DNA of 64,000 nucleotides from Anaeramoeba ignava BMAN (taxonomy: Eukaryota; Protista; Anaeramoebae): the NCBI GenBank assembly GCA_028826165.1, contig JAPDFW010000069.1, positions 186,001 to 250,000 on the forward strand. The letters run 5' to 3'. The notes beneath the pieces are model-generated. The model was not told where the DNA came from. It worked only from the letters and a program-made list of their open reading frames with translations, and did not search any database. Shown in pieces: positions 36,601-46,436 of this stretch; position 1 is the stretch's first letter; every line of letters starts with the position of its first letter. Position numbers and translations under genes: made by a program.

Positions 36601-38507
36601 CATGTCCTGCAAGTCCTTCTTCGCCTCATCAACAATTGTTGGTTTGATCTTCTCGACCGATTGTTCTTCTCCGTTTTGTTTTTCCATCTCTTCTTGCTTT
36701 CTTTTCTCCTCTTGAATTTGAGCCGAAATGAAGTCATATAGATCGTCCTCATCATGCGGTTGGAGGCTCTCGATCTTCTTGAGTCTATCTGTCTCCTCCG
36801 AATGCGCATGTGCTTGATGTGCTTGATCGCTTTCTGTTTGGAAGATGTCTATCAAGCTTGTTTGCTCGAGTTTGAGGATCTGTTCAGACGAAAGTTTTGC
36901 GCCGGAAAATGCATCAATAAATTCTTCTTGTAATTCAAGTGCTGATTGATTTAGATAGTTTGTTCGGATGAAAATTAATGATTTGATGTGTGGTCGTGAA
37001 CGTTCGAAAAAATGAATGTATTCTTCTGTTGTCATTCGGCAGTATTTTGAGAGGATGAGTTCATTTTGTGAGGAAAGTCTTGAGTAGTAGTTAAAGAAGT
37101 TTGTGTATGGCTTTATATAAATAAATAATTATAAATATATAAATAAATTTTATAAATAATTTAATAAATAATTTTATAAATAATTTTATAAATAATTTTA
37201 TAAATAAATATATAAATAAATATATAAATAATTTAATAAATAATTTAATAAATAGTTTAATAAATAATTTAATAAATAATTTAATAATTAATTTTATAAA
37301 TAATTATATAAATAATTTTATAAATAATTTTATAAATAAATATATAATTAATTTTATAAATAATTTTATAAATAATTTTATAAATAATTTTATATTTAAT
37401 TTTATAAATATTTTAATATATAAATAAATTTATAAATATTTTTATATATAAATATATAAATATATAAATAAATTTTATAAATAATTTTATATTTAATTTT
37501 ATAAATAATTTTATAAATAATTTTATAAATAATTTTATAAATAATTTTATAAATAATTTAATATATAATTTTATAAATAAATATATAAATAATTTTATAA
37601 ATAATTTTATAAATAATTTTATAAATAATTTTATAAATAATTTTATAAATAATTTAATAAATAAATATATAAATAAATTTTATAAATAATTTAATAAATA
37701 ATTATATAAATAATTTTATAAATAATTTTATAAATAATTTTATAAATAATTTTATAAATAATTTTATAAATAATTTTATAAATAAATTCTCAATTTAATT
37801 TTTGTTTTTGTTTTTGTTTTTGTTTTAATTTTTGTTTTTGTTTTTGTTTTTGTTTTTGTTTTTGTTTTTGTTTTTGTTTTTGTTTTTGTTTTTGTTTTTG
37901 TTTTTGTTTTTGTTTTTGTTTTTGTTTTTGTTTTTGTTTTTGTTTTTGTTTTTGTTTTTGTTTTTGTTTTTGTTTTTGTTTTTGCTTTTGTTTTAAAATT
38001 GATAATTACATCATAGTAATAATAATAAGTAACAGTTTCATCTTGTTTAGCCTTATCTCTAGTCGCCATTTTCTGTGCAATCATCATAGAAATCTCATTT
38101 CCAAGTTGAGCAATAAACAAAAACTCAATCAATAAAGCTTCTTTTTGGGACAAATCCATTTTTTCAGCACTTTGAACTAAAATAGGTTTAGTTTCCATTA
38201 ATTCAACTTTTTTCTGTTTAATTTCTCCAAGTAATAAATTAAACTTATCAATCACATTCAGTAATTTTTGTGCTTCTTCAAAATCCTTTGTTTGATCTTG
38301 TGGTTTAATTAATTCATTAAATAATTTATTTGAATAATAAAAATGAAGCATTGCTAAATTTAATTGTAATTTCACAAAAAGATGATATTCAAGATCTCCT
38401 GAAAATGCTTTTTCTTTATCAAAATTCACTTTCTCTATAATTAATTCGCTAATTGGTAAATACTTTAGTAAATAACTTTCATTAGAAAATTGTTTTATTA
38501 ATTCCAT
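33636..38507 (-). CDS. Tandem double-AAA ATPase; domains resemble bacterial Afp15/Pvc15-type AAA proteins
   Basis: Exons 38507-38010, 37110-34722, 34255-33636 join in frame. AAA1: GPSGTGKT, FFDECE, ILATNRP. AAA2: GPPGTGKT (split by intron 34256-34721), LSKYVGET, VFDEAEGLF, DRYAN, LLYHMERF. Confidence 0.85.
37111..38009. repeat. Intron of AAA gene built from (TTTTATAAATAA)n and (TTTTGT)n microsatellites
   Basis: Directly visible; the KTKT tail of ORF 37776-38507 is read-through into this intron. Confidence 0.85.
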
Positions 38508-38673
38508 TATTTATATTTTGTTATTTTTGTTTATTTTGAACAAAATGAAAAATGAAAAATGAAAAATGAATTTTTTTCTTATTTTTAATTTAAAATTCTC
38601 CTTTTTTTTTTTATTTTAAAATTCAATTCTAAATTTTAATTTTATCTAAATAATCCAAAAAAAAAAAATTTAT

Positions 38674-40187
38674 TTAATCAAAATCTGAATCAAAATCTGA
38701 ATCAGAATCTGAATCTGAATCACTTTCTTGAATAAAAAAATTTGTATCTAAATGCCAAGTTTCTGCTTTTTTAACTTCAAGAAAAATATTTCTTTTTTGA
38801 GATAATGGTGAAACAAATCCATTTTTTCGAATATTTTCAAGAATTTTACAACTTTTTTGAAATACTTCTCTTAAAAATTCAGTTGGTTCTGTATTTTTTG
38901 GTTTTGATGATATTAAAACTTTTTTAAGTTTTGCTTGTTGTGAAATAAGAGATTTTTGATCTATAATAAATTGAGTACCAAATTGTGAATTTTGATTTTT
39001 AAATTGATTTTGATTTTTAAATTGATTTTGATTTTTAAATTGATTTTGATTTTTAAATTGATTTTGATTTTTAAATTGATTTTGATTTTGATTTTGATTT
39101 TGATTTTTAAATTGATTTTGATTTTGATTTTGATTTTGATTTTGATTTTGATTTTTGATTTTTGATTTTGATTTTGATTTATATTTTGATTTATATTTTG
39201 ATTTTCATTTTGATTTTGATTTATATTTTGATTTTGATTAGGAAAAAATTTAATAAATGTGTTACAATCTTTATTGAAAGAAATTTTATTTGATAATTTT
39301 TTTGGATTTAGTATTAAATTATTAAATTTTATTTTAGGTTTTTTTTGAATAGAAAAGCTAATCGAAAAAATATTTTGATTTTGATTTTCATTTAGATTTA
39401 TATTTTGATTTTGATTTTGATTTATATTTTGATTTTGATTTTCATTTTGATTTTGATTTTGATTTTGATTTTGATTTTGATTTTGATTTTGATTTTTAAA
39501 TTGATTTATATTTTGATTTTGATTTTGATTTTCATTTTTAAATTGATTTTGATTTTGATTTTGATTTATATTTTGATTTTGATTTATATTTTGATTTTGA
39601 TTTTGATTTATATTTTGATTTTGATTTTGATTTTGATTTATATTTTGATTTTGATTTTGATTTTGATTTTGATTTTGATTTTGATTTTGATTTATATTTT
39701 GATTTTGATTTTGATTTTGATTTTGATTTTGATTTTGATTTTGATTTTGATTTGGATTTATATTTTGATTTATATTTTGATTTTGATTTTTAAATTGATT
39801 TTCATTTTCATTTTGATTTTGATTTTGATTTTTAAATTGATTTTGATTTTGATTTTGATTTTCATTTTCATTTTGATTTTCATTTAGATTTTGATTTTGA
39901 TTTTCATTTTCATTTTCATTGAATTCTTTAAAAATAAAAATTTCATTCCCAATCATAATCAAATCATCATTTCTAAGTCTAATCCTTTTTCTAATATAAT
40001 ATCCATTAACAATAGTTCCATTCATCCCAAAATTTTCAATCCAAAAAGAATCTTGTCTTTGATTAATAATTGAATGTATTCTAGAAACTGTTCTTGATTG
40101 AATTACAATATCAGAATTTAAATCTCTTCCAAATTTAATTTGATCAAGAATTAAATAATTTTTAAAATTTAAAGAATTAACGATCAT
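38674..40187 (-). CDS. FHA-domain protein with long NQ tract; frameshift in repeat near 39145-39170
   Basis: FHA motifs FGR..SD, VSRIHS, MNGTIVNG. An alternative frame after the repeat stays open to TAA at 38674-38676 (QFGTQFIIDQK...WHLDTNFFIQESDSDSD). Confidence 0.75.
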
Positions 40188-40239
40188 TATTAAAAATAAA
40201 AATAATTGAAAAAAATGAAAATAAAATAACGGTTTTTTA

Positions 40240-40335
40240 AATTTTTTTATCCGATTTTTATTTTTAAATTCTTAATTAAATTTTTTTATCCGATTTTTAT
40301 TTTTTTAAATTCTTAATTAAATTTTTTATCCGAAA
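40240..40335. repeat. Three copies of an approximately 40-bp unit containing TTTTTATCCGA upstream of the FHA gene
   Basis: ATCCGA at about 40249, 40287 and 40327 with conserved AAATTCTTAATTAAA spacers. Confidence 0.7.
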
Positions 40336-40416
40336 ATTTAAAAAAAGAAAAAAATGAATTCAAAAGAAAGTAAGAAAGAAAAAAAGAAAAAAAGAAAAAC
40401 GTAAAAAAAGTATTAT

Positions 40417-43400
40417 TTAATTTATGGAAACTTCTTTTGAATCTTTTTCTTCTTTATCTTTTTCTTCTTTATCAGTTGATAAAGAAGAAAGTGAATTTTC
40501 ATTATCATTATTATCATTATCATCATTATCTTTATCATTATTTTGATTTTCTTTTAATTGTTCATAATTCTCATCTTTTGGTTTTGTATCAAGAATAAAA
40601 ACAAGAAATCCAGTTATAATTGAAAAAAAACCACCAGTTGCAATTGACCATTGAAGTTTTCCATCAGCGAAATGAAGAACAAAACTTCCTGCAACAAAAT
40701 TGGAAATTGTTTGAGCAATTACTGCAAAAGAGTTTAAAACACCAACATAAAGTCCTTCATCTTCTTTTTTCTTTGAGAATAAATTTAATAAAGAAAATGG
40801 AATTGCATTAAAAACTGTGAAATTAATTCCAACAAGTGAAAATAAAGCAACTGTTCCTGAAACAGAAGTAACCCATAATGGAAGAATCCAACAAATTGCT
40901 GCTAAAATTTGAGATGCGAAATAAACTATTTTGTGTCCAAACCATTCAATCAATTTATCAATAACATGAATAGAACAAACAACTGTTACAATTGACATCA
41001 TTGCAAATGTAAATGCTCCTTTTCTTACTCCTTGATCATAATCATTTTTGGCTTTAGTTCCATCATCTGCATTTGGATCTCCTCCATAAATTCTTTTTCC
41101 CATATAATCTGTCATGTAAACTTGGAAAGGGAAATAAGCCATCCTAAATATTTAAAATATTCAAAATATTATTATTATTCAAAATATTATTCAAAATATT
41201 ATTATTATTTAAAATATTTAAAATATTCAAAATATTATTCAAAATATTATCCAAAATATTCAAAATATTCAAAATATTATTTAAAATATTTAAAATATTA
41301 TTTAAAATATTATCCAAAATATTTAAAATATTCAAAATATTATTCAAAATATTATTATTATTCAAAATATTTGGAATACAAACCAACTTAGAAAATAAAT
41401 CATCCCAATTTTCCAAAGTGGTTTTTCCATATGTCTACATGCTCTCCAGATTTTAGCAAATTGATTTTGTTTTTTTGATGCAAAATATTCCAAAATAAAG
41501 TTGGAAGAACTCCAAGAACTAGAAAAATATTTAAAAAATATTTTTTAAAATATTATTTTAAAAATATTATTCAAAAATAGCATAAGTATCTGATGGGAAA
41601 AATTTAAAATAATCAGTTAATTTATTATTCAAAAATATTTGGAATACAAAAATTAGCAAAAATAAATCATCCCAATTTTCCAAAGTGGTTTTTCCATATT
41701 TCTACATGCTCTCCAGATTTTAGCAAATTGATTTTGTTTTTGATGCAACCATAATGATAACTACAAATTTCTATGTCTCCATTCTTTTTTAGATCCATCG
41801 TTGGAAGAACTCCAAGAACTAGAAAATTAAAATATTTATAAAATTAAATTAAGTAAAATTATTTATTAAATTATTTATAAAATTATTTAATTAAATTTAT
41901 AAAAGGATATTAAAAATAGCATAAGTATCTGATGGGAAAAATTTAAAATAATCAGTTTAATTTAAAATTATTATTCCATAAAAGATTTATAACAAAATTA
42001 TTAAAAATCATTAATAAAACTGTTAATTGACCTTATAAAATATTTATAAAATTTTGATGCCTTAAAAACTATTAAAATCATTCACAATAATTTATTTAAA
42101 GGATTTTAAAAATTTATACATTAATTTATAAAAGATTCAAAACCCATAATCCAATAACTACAAATGTTATTCCTGCTGGATGATAATTTTAAAAGATTTG
42201 AAATTATTTTATTAAATTTATTAAAATTCCTAATTAAAATGCAAGTAAAATTATTTATAAAATTAATTATAAAATTATTTTATAAAATCACTTTTCATAA
42301 TCCCCGAAATTATTAAAAAAATTATATATATAAAATTAAATATAAAATTAAATATAAAATTATTTATAAATTTATTTATAAAAATTAATTATAAAATTAA
42401 TATATAAAATTATTTATTAAATTAAATTTATAAAATTATTTATAAAATTATTTATAAAAATTAATTATTTATAAAATTATTTATAAAATTATTTATAAAT
42501 TATTTATAAAATTATTTATAAAAATTATTTATTAAATTATATTAAAATTAAAATATAAAAATTATTTATAAAATTATTTATAAAAATTATTTATTAAATT
42601 AATTATTAAATTATTTATAAAATTATTTTATAAAAATAATTATTAAATTATTTATAAAATTATTTTATAAAATTATTTATATTAAATTAAATATAAAATT
42701 ATTTATAAAATTATTTTTTATAAAAAATTATTTATAAAATTATTTATAAAATTAAATTAAAATTATTTATAAAAATTATTAAAATTAAAATTATTTATTA
42801 AAATTATAAAAATTTATTTTATAAATTTATTTTAAATTATTTATAAAATTATTTATTAAATTATTTATAAAATTATTTATAAAATTAATTATTAAATTAT
42901 TTATAAAATTATTTTATTGTAAATTATTTTTAAATTAAAATTATTTATAAAATTATTTATAAAATTAATTTATTTATTAAAATTATTTTTTATAAAATTA
43001 TTTATAAAATTAAATATAAAATTATTTATAAAATTATTTATTAAATTATTTATAAAATTATTTATTAAATTAATAAATTAATAAATTAATAAAAAACTAA
43101 CAAGTAATGAGAGATCCAGCCAAAATATAAGGTCTTCTTCTACCCCATTTGCTTTGACAAACATCACTATAAATACCAATCAAAGGTTGAACAATAAAAC
43201 CAGAAATGGGACCAGCTAACCAAATAACAGGAACAAGAGATGATTTAACACCAAGTGCAGATAGCATTGGAGTCACAAAAGCAAATTCAACAGCATAACT
43301 TACTTGAACTCCAATCATAGATGAACTTATTGCAGCTAATTTAAAAAGATTGTATTTTTTAGAATCTCTTTCTCTTATTTTTTGCTCATTATATTCTTCT

Positions 43401-43540
43401 GCTGAAACTTCATTCAATATCGGTTCAGTTTCTGAATTATCTTCTGAATTATCTTTTGAATTTTTTGGTGAATTTTTTGGTGAATTTTTTGGTGAATTCT
43501 TTGGTGAATTCTTTTTGGAGAATGTTCTGATGACATTCAC
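40417..43540 (-). CDS. SLC45/SUT (sucrose-H+ symporter-like, GPH family) transporter; central exons garbled
   Basis: GVQVSYAVE..VTPML, WLAGPISGFIVQPLIGIYSD...WGRRRPYI; last exon (S)WMAYFPF..YMTDYMG..IYGGDP, YDQGVRKGA, GLYVGVLNSF. Introns end at 43101 (donor) and 41144 (acceptor). The true ATG is probably at 43536 with an indel. Confidence 0.85.
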
Positions 43541-43662
43541 TTAAATTAAATTTAAGAAAAAAAAAAATGAAAATGAAAATGAAAAAAATTTTTTTTTTGA
43601 TTATTTTTATTTTTCAATAAAAGAAAAAAAAAATTTTTTTTTCCCTAAAATTATTTCCTGAT

Positions 43663-44680
43663 TTAATTATGTTTCTTGAAATATTCTTTTGATCCTTTTA
43701 TATCTGGTTTAATTGTATCATCTCCTTCTTTCCAATTTGATGGACAAACTTCTCCATTTTTTTCATAAAATTGTAAAGCTTTTAATAATCTTAATGTTTC
43801 ATCAACACTTCTTCCAATTGAAAGATCATTTATTGTAATTTGACGAATAACATCATTTGGATCAATAATAAAAAGTCCTCTTTTTTATTTTTTAATTTTT
43901 AATTTTTATTTTTTAATTTTTAATTTTTAATTTTTAAATTTAAAAAAAAAACAAACCTTAAAGCAACTCCAGAATCAAGAAGAACTCCATATTTCTTTGA
44001 AATATCTTTTGTAATATCTGAAACTATTGGAATTTTCATTGGTCCAAGTCCTCCTTGTTTTCTTGGTGTATTAATCCAAGCCAAATGTGAAAAATGACTA
44101 TCTACACTACAAGCAGAAACAGAACAATCCAATTCATCAAATTCTTTTTTTCGATCATTAAAAGCAATAATTTCTGTTGGACAAACAAACTAAAAATCAA
44201 AAAATAAATCAAAAAGAAAAAAAAAAGCAAAAAAATGAGAAAAAAAAAAGTGGAACAAAAATAATTTTTTTTTTTGCTTTTTTTTTTATTTAAAAAAATT
44301 TTACTGTAAAATCAAGTGGATAGAAAAAAAGAATTAACCATTTATGATTTCCTTTTAAATCTTTAATGGATACATCTTTAAATTCTTCATTAATAACTGC
44401 AGTTGCTTTGAAATCTGGTGCTTTTGATTGGACATTTACTGAAAATAATTTTTTATCTAAATCAAATCAAATAAAAAAAAAGAGATAAATTTTGTTTAGT
44501 TTTTAAAATGATTTATTTACCAATTTGTTTTATTAAAGAATTTAATTTGTTGTTGTTGTTGTTTTTGTTTTGAAAATGATTTAAATTCTTTGAAATAAAT
44601 GAAGAAGTTAATGAAGAAATTGTGTTAGCAAAAATTTTTGAAGATTTTGATGGATTTAATGAATTTTTAATTGTCAACAT
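43663..44680 (-). CDS. Typical 2-Cys peroxiredoxin (Prx1/AhpC family) with about 50-aa N-terminal extension
   Basis: Four exons (introns 44439-44520, 44190-44304, 43880-43956): [56 protein letters not shown]. Confidence 0.95.
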
Positions 44681-44955
44681 TATTTAAAAAAAATTTAAAA
44701 AATGAAAAAAAAAGTAAAAAGTAAAAAGAAAAATGAAAAATGAAAAATGAAAAATGAAAAATGATCTTTTTAATCTGAATCTTTTTAATCCAAAAAAAAA
44801 TTTAATTATTTTTAATTTATTTGGGGGATTTTTTTATTGGAAAAAGTTTTCTTTTTTAAATTTTTAAAATTAACCCCTAAAAAAGATCAATCCAAAAAAG
44901 ATCAAAAAAAAAAGATCAATTTATTAAAATAAAATAAAAAAACAACTTTTAAATT

Positions 44956-46338
44956 TTAATTTGCTTTTGTTCGAAAAGTAATAGAATCATTAAAAAATAA
45001 ATATTTAAACAAAATAAGAATCAAAATAAATCCTAGAAAAGAAAAAAGCCAAAACAAAACAAAAAGAAATAAATTTAGTTTTCGAGATTTTTGGAAAGTT
45101 TTTTTTGAATTTAAAATTGAATTTAAAATTGAATTTGAATTTGAATTTAAAATTGAATTTAAAATTGAATTTGAATTTGAATTTAAATTTGGATTTGGAG
45201 TTGTTAAAGAAAGTGATTTTGAAATTTTTAAAGAATTTAATTTTGGATTTGGAATTGTTAAAGAAACTGATTTTGAAGTTTTTAAAGAATTTAATTTTGA
45301 ATTTGATTTTAAGTTTGATTTTAAGTTTGATTTTAAGTTTGATTTTAAGTTTGATTTTGGTTTTGAATTTGAAAGTTGAAGTGTTTTTCTTAATGAACTA
45401 TTATGTGAATTTGAATTTGTTGTATTAATTTGTGTTTTATCTGGTAAGAAATTTTGATTTTGTAAATCTTCATTAATTGAATCATTTTTCGTTTGATTCT
45501 TTAAAAAATTTCTTTCTTCAAATGTTGGTTTATTTCCAAAATTTTCTAAATTTTCTTGAGAAGGATAACTTTCTCCATTTGGAGTTGATAAAATTTCTTC
45601 ATCAGAATTTTCTGTGTTATAATTTAAAGAGCCATCAATATCAATTTTAAAAGAAATTAGTTTTTCATTTTGATTTTGATTTTGATTTTGATTTTCATTT
45701 TCATTTTCATTTTGATTTTGATTTTGATTTTGATTTTGATTTTGATTTTGATTTTGATTTTGATTTTGATTTTGATTTTGATTTTGATTTTGATTTTGAT
45801 TTTGATTTTCATTTTCAAATTTATTTTCAAGAGTTGAGAAATAAGATTTATAAACTAAACATTTATATTTCAAAAAATTTAGCTTTTCTAAAAGTGTTTT
45901 TCGTTCTTTAATTTTTTCAGAAATTCTAGAATCAATATCCATTGAAAGAAACTTCTCAATTTCATTTCTAAATTGTGATTCTGCTAGTTTTATTTCCTCT
46001 TCTGATGTTTCTTTTTGTTGAATAGATTCTTTGGATAATTTCTCAATATCCTTTTTATTTTGATTGATTTGAGATTGAATTAAATTAATTTTTTCATCTA
46101 ACAGTTGAATTCCCATTTTCTCATCTTGAATCATATTTTTCAATTCTTGGAAATTAATTGAATAATTTTTTTGAAATTCTTTTTCATTCATTAACGTTAA
46201 TTGTTTAATTTTCAAAATCTTATTTTGAATTTCTTGTAAGTTTTGTGAAAAATTTTTAGAATTTACAATATTAGATAATTTATATAATTCATAATAAAGT
46301 AATTTTTGAAGTTGTTTTTTATGATTATTTTGTTCCAT
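44956..46338 (-). CDS. Coiled-coil protein with NQ tract and single C-terminal transmembrane helix (tail-anchored), function unknown
   Basis: 460-aa ORF with a heptad-rich N-terminal half and hydrophobic LFLFVLFWLFSFLGFILILILF near the C-terminus. Confidence 0.7.
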   Translation of the reverse strand: MEQNNHKKQLQKLLYYELYKLSNIVNSKNFSQNLQEIQNKILKIKQLTLMNEKEFQKNYSINFQELKNMIQDEKMGIQLLDEKINLIQSQINQNKKDIEKLSKESIQQKETSEEEIKLAESQFRNEIEKFLSMDIDSRISEKIKERKTLLEKLNFLKYKCLVYKSYFSTLENKFENENQNQNQNQNQNQNQNQNQNQNQNQNQNQNQNQNENENENQNQNQNQNEKLISFKIDIDGSLNYNTENSDEEILSTPNGESYPSQENLENFGNKPTFEERNFLKNQTKNDSINEDLQNQNFLPDKTQINTTNSNSHNSSLRKTLQLSNSKPKSNLKSNLKSNLKSNLKSNSKLNSLKTSKSVSLTIPNPKLNSLKISKSLSLTTPNPNLNSNSNSILNSILNSNSNSILNSILNSKKTFQKSRKLNLFLFVLFWLFSFLGFILILILFKYLFFNDSITFRTKAN

Positions 46339-46436
46339 TTTAAATAAAAATTTTTTAAAATAAAAAAATGATTTTTTTGATTTTCATTTTTTTTCATTTT
46401 TTTAAAATTAAATTTAAATTAAATTAAAGAAAAGAA

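Noticed and set aside
37776-38009. KT-repeat C-terminal tail on ORF 37776-38507
   Set aside because: A donor at 38009 splices in frame to 37110, so the repeat is intronic.
44760-44925. TAACCCCTAA telomere-like word and repeated AAAAGATC
   Set aside because: A single imperfect telomeric unit; the GATC repeats are too few to call.
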